From: Octopus vulgaris
Lineage: Eukaryota
Assembly (NCBI GenBank): GCA_951406725.2
Contig: OX597818.1
Location: forward strand, 70,928,001 to 70,992,000
DNA length: 64,000 bases
Reading direction: 5' to 3'
A program made the translations under genes and the position numbers. The notes under the pieces are model-generated. The model was not told the origin of the DNA and did no database searches. It was given only the letters and a program-made list of their open reading frames with translations. Positions 1-13,392 of the stretch are shown one piece after another (position 1 is the stretch's first letter; each line of letters opens with the position of its first letter).

Positions 1-470
1 GAGACCAAAGTATCAATCCCTTTTTGAATGAGTGCAATATACTAGAACGAAAGGAGTATAAGTGCAGATATGACTGTGTAGACAAAAGAGGGTACTGGGA
101 TGTTAGTCGAGTGTGTGGCTTCAAAACAACAGAAAAGTGGTATGAACACGTACCAGAGGCTGTGATAGAAAATGAGTATTATAAGATCTTATGGGACTGA
201 CCATACTACTAAGGCAAGAAGACCAAAGATGATTAATCAGAGATTTTGCAATTATCTATGTCAGCAGAGTCGATGCCAAACAAAGTTAGAAATATCAGGA
301 TCTAGCAAGAGAGCTGAGGAGACTGTGGAAATCAAAGATAAGAATAGAATTAGTACAACACTAAAAATACCACCTAAAATACTGAAAGAGACTGGAATTG
401 AAATTCACATTGTTGACCAGCAAAAAAAGTACCACTGCAAGAATCCTAAAGAAGATTCTTGAGGAGACTT
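1..470 (+). mobile_element. Degenerate 3' end of an R4/Dong-like non-LTR retrotransposon (restriction-like endonuclease region)
   Basis: Frameshifted translation gives KWYEHVPEAVIENEYYKILWD..DHTTKARRP, matching the (K/R)WY.H.P....ILWD...D....ANRPD segment of the element at 61.5 kb. It is followed by ATA/ATG triplet repeats at ~540-562. Confidence 0.65.
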
Positions 471-1476
471 GTCACCAGACATCAAGATAAAATACTTGTT
501 AACTAAATTAGCATGCAGTAGTGCAACGACACCAACAGAAATAATGATGATGATGATGATAATGAGAGACAGTAAAATGGAAACAATTTAATAAACATTA
601 TATGAAAGAAAACAAGGTATCAGTCTCAAAGATGGCCAGGATTTATTGAGGCAGAAACTTGTTTTCACATTTGTCTTCTTGTTTCCAGTAAAAGAAAACA
701 CATTGCCTTTTCTTTGATTGCATACTAATTTCAGAGAATGATTGATTTCTGAAGATTTTCAGAGTTGGTCACAATTGCAGTTAGGTGTTTGTTTACCTTC
801 TCTCAATGTGAAGATGCATACACACATATACACACATAACAACACACAAATAGAGAGAAATATATGTATGCATATATATATTCTTGAGTATGTGTATATG
901 TATATATACATATATAGCTGAAGGTAGTGCTCCAGCATGTCTCTTGTTGTGATTACTAGATGAAACTGAACACATACATAGACCAGTAGGTGTGTACACA
1001 TTTACATAGGTATATAACACGAAATGCATAACGCCCAGTTACACCAGCTTATATGCCGGCAGTCAGTACCTGTAGCACTTTCGAAAACGTGTATTCCTAT
1101 ACCGTTTGTTAGGAACTGTTTAAAATATATATTTTTAGAAAGAAATTAAATAGATGGAACAAATAAGCCACATGTGTGTACACGCGCGTGCGTGTGTGCA
1201 TGTGTGTGTGTGTGTGTGTGTGGAGAGAGAGAATTGAGTAAAGGAAGGCTAGAGCCAGAGAGAGAGAAGTCAAAGCTGTGATATGTGTGAGTAGCAGTGT
1301 GTGTGTATAGAATTATATATGTATACATGTGTGTGTGTGTGTGTGTATCTGTCTGTATACTATTTATCATTTAGAAAGCTTTTTAACTAATGGTGAACAG
1401 AGAGAGACTATATATGTCTGGTCTACCTTCAGAAACTTCCACCAGCCTCTTCTCTCATTTCACACCATTCCTACAG

Positions 1477-1680
1477 CAGAGGCAGTAGTAGCACAACACA
1501 CAGAATAAGATTAGGGTAAAAAAAAAAAAGCAACAATTACAGCAAAGAGCCTAAAAACTCTTCAATACAACTATGCTTACAAAGAAACTGATAGCTTAAA
1601 GGATGGCTGTCTTTTGGAAATTAGCAGATTTTACTGCAGAGAAGTTAGAGAGAAATTCATCAAATTCTAATCAAATTTAA
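1477..1680 (+). other. Possible non-coding 5' exon of the Kirre-like gene
   Basis: A pyrimidine tract plus CAG ends at 1476 (cctcttctctcatttcacaccattcctacag) and a perfect GTAAGT donor starts at 1681. The region is TE-poor and follows CA/GA repeats and a small CpG cluster. No transcript evidence. Confidence 0.25.
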
Positions 1681-3083
1681 GTAAGTTATCCTTTTCTGAA
1701 TCTGTATGTATCTGGCTCTTCACCCTTTTCCTCCTTCATACCCCCTACTTCCAAGTAAACTTGGCAACTTCTACAACTGTGATTTCAAGTTCAACTGTTT
1801 AGAAGAGATTACTACAATTTAGTATTTCCTTTTTCAGGTTCATAGTTGATAATATTCTATGTGTCTGTTCTGTTATATTATGACAAAATCAAGTAACAGA
1901 ATGTATTTCTACTGTTTTGGTGGGGGAGGAGTTTTTTTATTTTTTTTTTATAACAAACTGATGTTCTACAAGAGATTTACCAAAAGTGTTGTTGGTGCAA
2001 AAATCCAAAAAGCATAATAGACAAAGAAATATTCCCTCTTCCCATTTCTATTTAAACTTTTAGCAAAGTCTTTTTTTTGTTTGTTGATATTTTTTAAAAT
2101 TTCCATTTTATTCTTTGTGAATTATTCTAGAAAATATTCTTGTTCTAATTATATAAAAAGTTCTTTAGAATATGAAAAATTGATCCCCTTGTTTCAAATT
2201 ATTTCTGCTGTTTGTTCCCCCATTATGAAATTCCGAAAGAAAAAGTTTGTGTTTATTTTCTACATTATTCAAGTTTTTTCCTCTCATTTACTATAATAAT
2301 TTCACAGTATTCTTTGATTTTTATTTAGGATATTCTTAAAATAGTTTATCTATTTCAATTTTTATAGTCAAAGAATGAATTGTACATAACATTAGTTCTA
2401 GGTTGAAATCTTGCCAGAATTAGCAACACACGAGATGATATTACAAAGTGTAATTTGTGTATGCAGAGTTCTTCCCTACTTCTTGATATGTTTTCATCAA
2501 CCATTTTCTTAATACTGCTATATTTGTAGAGACCCTTTACTCCCTTAGACTAAAATTTCAGTATCATTAAAATTGATTTCTATTACTTTTCTCATTAAAG
2601 TTTCTTTTTTGAAGTTAACCTCCATTCTGAATGTTGAGATATAATATAAATCTGCCATTCATATATAATACAGCTATTTATATTCTTCAACTGAAAGTTT
2701 ACACCAACAAAGAAGTCATTTAGATCATTTGCGTTTACAATAAATTGAGGTAGTTTTAGAATCAAAAAAGTAGGTTCCTCTTTTTGGTGTTTCTCAAAGA
2801 CTTTTTCTAGTTAATAAATGTAAAATCTCCGTTGAAAGTAATATATTAATATCTAATTTTGGTATCAGAAATCTGAAGATTGTATTGTTTATTCAAGAAC
2901 ATGTGCTGCAGAGTTAAGCTGATAATGTTTGGCGCCATGAGAATGTAGCAGTGTTCTTTGTTTACAGCATTCTCCTGGATGATAATTTTTTTCATATGCT
3001 GACTTTGTGTACATTCTTCTCTGCTGTTGACATCTAATATCACATACATCAAACCCATGATGGATACACTATAAGATATAAAT

Positions 3084-3096
<13 letters not shown>

Positions 3097-3148
<52 letters not shown>
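3097..3148. repeat. (TA)n microsatellite
   Basis: Direct reading. Confidence 0.95.
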
Positions 3149-3152
<4 letters not shown>

Positions 3153-4220
3153 CATATACATATATATATCATCATCACACACATAAACATATATATATAT
3201 ATTTATTTATTTATTTATATGTATATAAATACACACACATATTCATCATACATACATACATATACACACACACACAGAGAAAGAGAGAGAAAGTGGAAAA
3301 GTTTTAATCTTGTTTTTAATATCTTCCTAAGATTTATAAAGCTTTCTAGAGAAAGGTGAGATGCTTATATTTTACCACCATCGCCACCACACCTGTAACT
3401 TCTGCCCAATCCCTTGGAGTAAATAGACAGAACAGTATAAACTATTGTTTTGGATATTTTCAAAATAAAAGGTTGCTTCAAATAATTACTCAAGGTTTTA
3501 TCTCCATTGTGATTATAATGGGGTACAACTGAAGCAGCAACAACAACAACAACAACAACAAACATCAACTGATGCATTTGAAGAAATCTTGTGTTTGTTC
3601 AGTAAGGTAATACAACATAAACTGAACATCTCGGCAAAGAGTTTTCTTTGTCTTTAACCAGGAAATAATGATTCTGTTTCCAAGATTCCAGGGTAGAAGG
3701 CCAAGTGTTCTCATACATGTATAAAGTCAATAAAAGCAAAATTCAATTAATATGTACCAAAGCCTTCCTCCAGAAACCTTAAGCGTAAATATTTTCTTAG
3801 CCTGATGAAAATTTATGAAGATTATTTGGCAATTTCTTTGTTCATTTCATGTTCATAGACAGGCAAGGAAGTATTTATTTAAGTACTGACAGTTTTAACA
3901 CCATCAAAATATTGAGCATCAGATTAAATTGTGTGTGTCGCTTCATGTTAAAAGATCCTTTCTCTATTTATTTCTATCAGCTAAGAAATTTAGTTTAAAA
4001 ATTAATTCTACATTTTAGAGATTAGAAATGTGAAAATATATTTAAAATTATGAACCCAGAAACATTATAATAATATAACTACAAACTCTTGAATCAAAAA
4101 ATGTTTCCCTTTCCTGAGAATTATAAATTTCTAATGCAGTCCCAGGTTTCTTAAATATTCACCAGTTATAAAATTGCCTCGTTTCTACAAGTTATGAATA
4201 TTTCACTAATTTCCTTAGAA

Positions 4221-4480
4221 CATCATCATCATCATTTAATGTCCGCTTTCCATGCTAGCATGTGTTGGACGATTTTAACTGAGGGCTGGCGAACCAGATG
4301 GCTGCGCCAAGCTCCAATCTTGATCTGGCAGAGTTTCTACAGCTGGATGCCCTTCCTAATGCCAACCACTCCGAGAGTGTAGTGGGTGCTTTTTACGTGC
4401 CACCAGCACGGGGGCCATTCAGGCGGTACTGGCAACGACCTCACTCGAATCTTTTTATACATGCCACTGGCACAGGTGCC
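4221..4480 (-). mobile_element. RTE-LINE 3' terminal fragment (or SINE with RTE tail)
   Basis: (CAT)n followed by ttaatgtccgctttccatgctagcat...gccaaccactccgagagtgtagtgggtgc, nearly identical to the 3'UTR contiguous with the RTE ORF at 62.4-63.8 kb. Confidence 0.85.
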
Positions 4481-7400
4481 AAAGCTCTTTGAATCACTGC
4501 CTCAGTCATTGTCTTTTGTGTTACTTTTAAACACCTATAAATGTTGAAATAGTTTTGTTAAATTCTGTCTTGTTGTTACCTACATTTCCTGCAGACATTG
4601 ACCTACAAGTGTTCAGACCAGGCAGTAGAGTCAGAGAGATGAGGACCTATAAGAGTCATGTGCACTGCTTCTATCTTTCTATTTTTTTATATTTTATGGT
4701 TTAATTAGAGAAGGAAGGGCATGTTCTATAACCTCTTTGCAGGGCCTCCACAGGATAGATGGGGGCAAGAGAGGAAAATTGTGATAGCATGAGACCAGAC
4801 ACCTAGTCCAAATGCTTGCAATAAAGTAGATTCTACTAAACACACACATGAGCTAGATTACATTCCATTGTTGATTAACTTATTTGAAAAATCTTAAGTA
4901 GATGTTGCTATTGGCACACAGAAGTTTTAGGATTTCTTGAACAAATTTTGTCATTCCTTCACTTGAAATCTGGAAATTTACAGTAATAATATTATAAGGC
5001 ATTAGTTTCTTTCTCTCACGTAATGGTTTTGGTCCCATTTATAAAGTAGTAAACTAAATCAACAGTAGTATGTTGCTGATGAACAAAATGCAGAGTCTCT
5101 AACAAGATAAGGATCTCAGAATCCCCTGGAGAAAAGCACTACATCTTATCTATTCTGTTGCTGCAGAGATTTAACAGTATCTTAGGAATCAGATTCTATA
5201 GCGCCAATTGTGACTAGTTTACTCTGTTTGCTAGAATTTTTAAGCCAACAAGCATGTTGGCTGTCTTTTGCAGAGAAACCATTTCACAAGATTAAGTTCT
5301 AAAGTGTAGATACCAAAAGATTATCAAAGATAATTAGAAAGAAAAAAAGTCATGAAATATAGATTTATGTGCAATGACACAGAAACCATGAATAAATTAA
5401 TGGTAAACTAGAATGGAATGGTTGAAACAAAAATATGATCCACTCTTTTATTCTGCCATTTTCTTATACTTATTGTTAGATGGGTTACATTTAATAAATC
5501 ATTTTTTTTTTAAACTATAAAAGTATAGTTTTTGGTGAGGGTGGGGAGTAAAAGCTTTGAAATATAGGTTTGGATACCTTGAAATATCAGTCTGGGTACC
5601 TCCCTTACTAAAAAATAAAAATTAGAACATTATTTTTCAGTGAAAACTGCTGTTCTTCAAAAATTGTCTTTTTATTGCAATTCTAGTCACAAAGAAGAAG
5701 AGGACTTTACTGCAGATAAAGTAACATTTGAAATATAATGGCAAGAAACAAACTCCACAAATATTTTAAAAAATTAGAAATTGATTGATAGTAATCCAGA
5801 CACAAAAGCTATAAACTGCTCTCACTATTCACTGAAATTAGGTAAATTTTGTTGAATAGAAGATCTAATGAAGTCTTAGAATTGAAACAGTGAAAGCAGA
5901 ATGAAGAGATCTAACTGTCTGTCAGAAGTTTAGGGAGCTGCTGTCTTTATTGATAAAAGGATTCTGTTTTATCTTTTTGTTAGTTCAATTATGTTTTCTT
6001 TCTCAGCATGATAATGTTATATAACAGGGAAAGATGGGAATTAAGAGTGAAAGATTAACAGATGCTAGAAATGAATAAGTTCTGTTGGATGCATTATGCA
6101 AACTTCAGTGAGAGAAAGTTGTGCATAAAAGAGAATTGGTCAGGGCATGCAAAAGAATCATGCACATTGGTTTGGACGAATGATGAATATAATTGATACA
6201 AACCAAGTAAAAGCATTATAATTTAATTGTTTTGATGGCCCTGGCAGACAGATTTGAAACTATATTAAACAGTTGTATGCAAGGAGTCATAGAAATTATT
6301 CCAAACTCAATTCAACAACATTTTGCTTTTTTTTTTTTAGCTTGATTTGTAAAAATATCCTCACTCTAAATTTGCTCAATTTTTCAATAGACTCAGATAT
6401 ACCTTTCATAGATGAGAACATTGAAAATATAATTGAGTAAAATTATTAAAAAACTTACAAAATTGGAGTGAAGTAATTTTATAAATGTGTAGAATCTATA
6501 ACTAAATATAACTGTTAATTATATAAAGATTATACTAGTAAGCAAGAAAAGTTTCATGAAAAATGAAAAATTAAAGAGAAAGAACATAAAGTTCATTTGG
6601 CTCAAAGGGTTTGGATATTTGTTACTCCAAAAACAGCCAAGAAATTCTTCTCACTCTTTACCATTCATCATTCTTCCTTACATATTTAGTATTACAATCC
6701 TTCCTTCATATCACATTTGTAAGTATTGGAATCTGTAAATTAGTTTTAGTTTGTAATATAGGTCAAAGAAGTTTAAAATAATAAGTAAGAAATTTGAGTT
6801 TCTAGCTGTAAGCCTGCTGAAGGCAAAGATTCATTGGTTGCACTGAAAGAGTTTAAGATGCAAAATCATTTGAAAGGGGCACAAAAATTTTACTGCTAAC
6901 AATGAAAATTGTTTCTAAAAGAATGCAAGCAATAAAATTTTAGCCATCATTCTTAGAAATTATTCAATATATCATATAAATGGTTGTAAAAAGTCTTTGT
7001 AACCTTCTCATACACAACACATGCTTTACTTAGCCAGGTAATATTTAGACATTTGCCAGAACCATTTAAGTGTTGGATAAAACACTCCCGCTGACCACAT
7101 TGTTGTTCACATTGTTTTTGTTACTGTTTAGTCTCAGATTAACTCCATTACATTATGAGTGGCATTCCAGCCATGACATTCTTGTCTTTTTTGCATATCT
7201 ATGACTACATTCTCCAATGTGTCATTCCTTTTATAAAATGGTAGACTGCCATTTCAAACAGTTTTTATGCAACCACATAAACTCTCTCTCACTGGTTCCC
7301 TTCAATATGCTCAGTGGTTACTATTTGTGCCTTCTCTGATTGTAATGTAAGGGTTTAAGGGTGACATCTGTTACTGGTTATCTCTGTTCCAATTGTCGTA

Positions 7401-8667
7401 CAAAGGGGAAGCCCTATTTCATGATAATTTCCAATTCTAATTGCATCTCCTCTAACAGCAACAAAACACAGAATGAACAGTATCTGCTCCAGACAAAGAA
7501 AGAACATAACACTTCACAGTACATCTACCTACATACTAAATTCTCTTTCTTTCGACAAGATGTCATTTGGCTTTGCTCTCAATCCATAATAACACATTCT
7601 TCTCCGGATGGCATGGTCCATTACAAAAGCTTCTGATGAAACTTATCTCTATGCAATGTTTCATGACCCATTTTATATCTGCTAATTTTGCGATGCAAAA
7701 CTTCTATCTTCCAAAATTCATGTCTTAATAAAACTTTCTATTATGATATTATGTAAGAATTTTTTGCTTAATTATGTTCTGAAAACTTGATAATGACAAA
7801 AGGTAGTTATTTTACAAAAAACATTCAAAGTCATTGAAACTAATTAAAATATAAACAATTAAATTCCAAATATGGTCATGAAAGGTTTACTCTTAGGTAA
7901 TCCTTGAGCTATTTCTTCTGTTCATTTGCTCTATAATTTGCTAGATAAACATTAAGCAATATCTTTATAACCAAAATCATCTCAAAGTTGATCAGTATTG
8001 ATCTCTGCAGTGATCATGTAGTTGGTTCACTGCTACACATCCATAAATACCATCAACATATGTTTTTGTGTTTAAAACATCTTTAATACAACATGTATTT
8101 CTTCCTCTATCTCTTAATCTATAAATGTTTCAGAGATCATTTCTTAACTTTCGTCTGGATCTCATCTGGTCTGCAACAAAATATTATTAGCCTAAGTTTT
8201 AACTTTATTAGTTTTAACTTCAGCTTTTATGAAAACTTTAAACCCAAGAAAATCATTTCATTCAATTGAGAATATGTGACATGATTGTTCCTTCTAAGCT
8301 TCTGTTAAGTCTACTACTGTCACTTTATTTTGTTCCTTTGATTTTTTCATCTGTTCTGCTGACATTTAAGTGAAACAGAATGCAACACAAATTCAAACTC
8401 ACAACTGTTCAATCCCTATAGAGACATCGTATCCATTTATAGCATTCTTTGACTTTTCATCAAAGGCAGTTATTTCTAATTTATTCATTCTAAATTAAAA
8501 TTCTGGAACAAAAGCATTGTTACTTATAATTCTCTGTATTTCTAATGACAACAATCACAAAGGAGTGTCTCTCAAATAATGCAGAACAAATATTGCAAGG
8601 GACTTCATTCATAAAGCATCAGCTTTTCTACCAATATTAATTTCTTTCTGATACACACTGGTGAAAG

Positions 8668-8818
8668 ACACACATTCACACATACACACACATTCATTCA
8701 CACACACATTCACACACATACATTCACACACACACAAACACATACATACAATCACACACACACATTCACACTCACACACACACATACTCACACACGCACA
8801 CATGCACACACACACACA
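8668..8818. repeat. Imperfect (CA)n-rich microsatellite
   Basis: Direct reading. Confidence 0.9.
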
Positions 8819-8849
8819 AAACGAACCTTTAAATAGTTTCTGTCAACCA

Positions 8850-10029
8850 CATCATCATCATCATCGTTTAATGTCCACTTTCACTCTGTCGAGTATGCAC
8901 ACTGACATTACACATCCCGCGGATCATACTGGTTTCATTCCCTGCAAGCATACGCATGTCCTCATCAGTCACGGCCCATGTTTCACTGCCATGTAGCGTG
9001 GCTGTACGTACACATGTGTCATACAGTCTGCCTTTTAATCTGAGAGAGAGGCCCTTTGTCACCAGTAGAAGTAAGAGCTCTCTGAACTTTGCCCAGGCTA
9101 TTCTTATTTTAGGAGCTACACTTTCAGAGCACCCATCCCCACTATTGACTTGGTCACCTAGGTAACGGAGGCTATCAACTACTTCTAGTTTTTCTCCCTG
9201 GAATGTGGTGGAAGTTGCTCTCTGCGCATTTTCAGTGTTTATTGCTCCTGAGCATCTGCCACATACAAAAACTATCTTCCCAGTTAGCCTTCCTTTGATA
9301 ATGCTGCACCTCTTATGTGTCCATAGCTTACACTGGGTACATCTTATAGAGTTTCTACCTACACCTCTACTACAGATCGAACAGGGCCATCTACCTGAAG
9401 AGATTTGTGGTTTTCACACCTTCCTACTTATTAGGACTTTGGTTTTAGCTCGGTTGACTCTAAGGCTCTTCGATTCTAATCCTTGTTTCCACACCTGAAA
9501 CTTCTCCTCTAGTTCTAATAGTGACTCAGCAATTAGAGCAAGGTCATCAGCATAGAGGAGCTCCCAAGGGCATCCTGTCTTGAATTTCGCCATTATTGCC
9601 TGGAGGACTATGATAAATAGGAGGGGGCTGCAGACTGAACCTTGGTGGACCCCTACCTCTACACTGAATTCTTCACTGTACTCGTTGCCAACCCTCACCT
9701 TACTGACGGTGTCCCTATACATGGCTTGCACAGCTCTCGCTAACCATTCATCTATCCCTAGTTTCCTCATTGACCACCAGATAAGGAATCAGCGAACCCT
9801 GTCAAAGGCTTTCTCCATGTCAACGAAAGCCAAGTACAGAGGTTTATCTTTGGCTAGGTATTTCTCCTGCAGCTGTCTTACCAGAAATATAGCATCATTG
9901 GTGCTTTTCCCTGGCACGAACCCAAACTGCATCTCATCTAAACTGACTCTCTCCCTAATTAGTTGGGCTATGACCCTCTCCGTGACCTTCATTACCTGAT
10001 CCAACAACTTGATTCCTCTGTAATTATTT
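8850..10029 (-). mobile_element. RTE-clade LINE, 5'-truncated, reverse transcriptase region with internal 3' deletion
   Basis: Minus-strand peptides NYRGIKLLDQVMKV, QFGFVPGKSTNDAIFLVRQLQEK, AFVDMEKAFDRV, GVHQGS, ELLYADDLALIAES and LHGSETWA. The (CAT)n tail at 8850-8864 is fused directly to the ORF at ~8881. Confidence 0.92.
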
Positions 10030-10411
10030 GAAACTTTGTTATTTCATATTTTTTTATATTTTGTGCATTCAGTGGAGTAAAGTACCATTGGTTAGTGGTA
10101 TCCAATGGGCCAATCAACCATTGATTCACTACATTTAAAATGGCAAGTGAGACATTGCAATATCTGTACAATTTAAACTGAACAAGTACAATATGAGGTG
10201 TTTTTGCTTGAAGGCACTGATTCTTCAGTTTTGTCTCTGATGCATAATAAAAAAAAAACCATGTACACACACACACACACACATATACACACATACACAC
10301 ACATACACATATACACACATTGTGGATTTTCACAGAGATTCCATCAAACAAATTCCACTGACGAGGTGCTGCTCAATGGACCTGTTTTTTTTTTATTATG
10401 AAAACGTTGGT

Positions 10412-10635
10412 TTAAGCCTTAAGCGTTGAGATTACTCGGTCAAGCATGATGTTTATTTATTCACGTTGTTTTAAATTAACCATACATTATCTCATAGCTT
10501 TGAGACTTCGATGATGTGATTGTTTAGTTTTAGAACAGCATTGTAGGGTAGGTGTGAGAGGCGGGATCTGGCTAGTTTGATCATAAAACAGGAAGAATAT
10601 CTGAGCCAGATTTGGCAGAGTTGTATTAAGGAGAT
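10412..10635. mobile_element. Degenerate MITE, possibly TTAA-target (piggyBac-like)
   Basis: Starts ttaagcc-ttaagcgtt and resembles a short octopod interspersed repeat as I recall it. The right terminus is decayed. Confidence 0.35.
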
Positions 10636-13091
10636 CGTATATTGTGCAAATAAATCTGCAGATTCATATCCATTTGTATTTAATTTCAGTTTAGAATTGA
10701 TCCTCTGAGGTCCCCACAGGGGCCATTTTTCACAATTTGCAATGAACTATGAAAAGACTGGTTTCATTGCTATTAACAGATCAGGATTAACTCTCCTGCC
10801 TCTCCAAAATTGTTGATGATAATATCTGAAGACTATTTATTAAGATGTGAGCAACTTCATGTGGTGAGTGGGCATTAATTTCTAGAGTACCAATAAAACA
10901 TTGGCATTGGAAAGGTAGCTATATAAACTCATATGTATACATATTCAGTTATGTTGTGGAATTAGGTCCATTGAGCATTTATCAACGGCTTCGGAGCCTG
11001 TTTATTCCTTTATTTATTCATAACTTATACTGTAAAGGTATTCTAATAATCATATTTGTACAAACTGTTCACTTGTATTTTCCAGGTAGAACATGTTAAA
11101 CAATTTAGAGAGAAATAACCGAGTGTAATGGGAAGATTTTAAATAGATGTTTATTACCTGACAGACTCAATCCCTGTGCTTCATATCTCTCCATATTAGC
11201 ATTTCTATCAGATCTCAATTCACCACCATTCTCTAACTCTTTCACTAATTTATACAAGTCTGCAGCACCAAATCTGACCAATTTGCTTGACCATTTCATC
11301 TTAGAAATGCAGCTCTGTTATATTTGCTCTCATTATTTCCTCAAAAGTCCTTGTACCACTAAGAGAGTCAGTCAACTTCTTAGAAACAACAACTGAATCT
11401 TCTTTGTTCTCAGCTACCAGCTTAGAACCAAAAATAGCCGGTTGATAATGTAGATATAGAGAACATAATGGTTGAAGGAAAAATAATAATAGACCAGATG
11501 GCCATGAGTGTAATGCAGTTGATCATAGGTGGACTTGATCAGAGCTGACCTGGGGCTAAACAACAATAAATCCTTCTCTGATTCCACCAATTATTGCTCC
11601 TCTCCAGCATCTTCTTGTCACATTTTCCTCAAGTGGCAGTCATCCATTGCCATTACTTATCCCTCCATCCCTGCATCCGGCTCCAATAACCAAACACTTC
11701 TACTCACTTTTCAGCCTTTCAAAATTTGGTTTCATTTTAGTTGTTTCAAATCTTCAAGCTTTACCAGGCTTCCTGATCCCCTCCTCCTTGGTCACTTCTA
11801 AGTCTTCTTTTACAGCAAATACTAAAATATATATATATTAAAAAAAAGCAAAAAAACTATCACATAAGTCTCAGAGTTTCTTGTAACAGGTTTTGATTTC
11901 TTCTGTAATTATAAGAAAACGAAGTCATGAAACATTTGTAATGCAAATGTGGAAGGGAAGTTATTTCGACAGGAAACTAAAAGCCCGTCATGAATATGGC
12001 TTGCAAGAAGTTTTTCTCTTTGTCTAGAAGAATTGAAACAAGGAATTCTAGCATTGAGAGTGTGCAATAACAGTTTCAGTATGTGATGCATTTCAACAAG
12101 AACACAGCTTTTAAGAGGCAGGATGGTCAGTGATAACAAGTCCATTATTAAAGTGGTTCTTATCTCATGAACCTCTGGAATAACAAAAGGCGAAGTTGCC
12201 ATCATTTGAAGTCATGATATAAGAGGGCATTGTTAAATACTGCTGGACATTTTATCTGCTGCTCTACAAATTCCGCCACTACACTCATGTAGGGATTGCA
12301 ACAATGGTCTGCTTGTTTATATGTTAAATAAAACTCAATATGTTTTACTTCTAAACCTTTCCACCTTTTGCTTGCAATCAATGCTCATCATTGCCTCTTC
12401 ATTCTTTTACTATTCAAACTGCACTTGTTCTCTTTCTCTCTATTTGGAATTTCTTTCAAATATTTCCATCATTATTTTGGGTTATTTCTGCCTAGAAAGT
12501 CAACTTTGCCTTTATTTTTAATCAATCCTTCTGGAAGTTATATTAATCAACCATATCTTCTGCCAGTATTTTGTAGTCTTGAGCTAATTTCAGAAATGAA
12601 TATCACTAACAATTTGCCATCTTCTATATCTTCCTCATCATCCACTCATCCATCCTCTTTCCATGCTGATATAGGTTAGACATAGGCTGTTATGGCCCAA
12701 ATCAGTTCTTATTTGAGTTTCTTCCTTCCTATAAGGGTTGGGTGACCATTTACACTTTTCAGTTTGGGTTCAATTTCTACCGTTGGATGCCATTCCTATC
12801 ACTAACTATTTTACAAAGTGTACTGTGGGCATTTTCCTCATGGCACTGTCCTTAGCAAGACAAAGGTATTCTTTCAATTTCATATCATCTTTACTTATTC
12901 ACCAACACTTTACAAAGAAGACTGGCTGTAGTTTATCATGGCACCAGGACAAGTGAGGTTGTCTTGTACTCCATAAAATTAGATTGTCCTCATCACTTGA
13001 TAGGCTTATTTGCTCAAGGGTAAGATGGCAGAAAAGGTGAATAAAAGTAAGAACAGTAAATGAAGAATTAAGATGGATGGGTCTCTATAAA

Positions 13092-13392
13092 TCATCATCA
13101 TCGTTTAACGGCCGCTTTCCATGCTAGCATGGGTTGGAGGATTCGACTGAGGACTGGCGAACCAGATGGCTGCACCAGGCTCCAATCTTGATCTGGCAGA
13201 GCTTCTACAGCTGGATACCCTTCCTAATGCCAACCACTCCGAGAGTGTAGTGGGTGCTTTTACGTGTCACCTGCACGAGGGCCAGTCAGGCAGTACTGGC
13301 AACAACCACAAAAAAAACAAAGGTTATTTTTTTTTTACATGTCACCTACACACCAGCACAAGTGCCACTAAGGCGACGCTGGTAACGATCAT
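13092..13392 (-). mobile_element. RTE-LINE 3' terminal fragment
   Basis: (CAT)n plus gtttaacggccgctttccatgctagcatgggttgg...; same family as 4221 and 62399. Confidence 0.85.

Noticed and set aside
759-1370. ORFs rich in Y/I/H/T/C/V
   Set aside because: These are translations of TA/CA microsatellites. The same applies to the ORFs at 8.6, 22.6, 25.6, 46.2, 55.4 and 62.1 kb.
4900-6300. Purine-rich stretch that might be an old transposase or gene relic
   Set aside because: I could read no sustained frame or recognisable motif.
11060-12230. Short ORFs (MKWSSKLVRF..., MMATSPFVIPE...)
   Set aside because: No recognisable domain and no coherent splice structure. Probably decayed TE.
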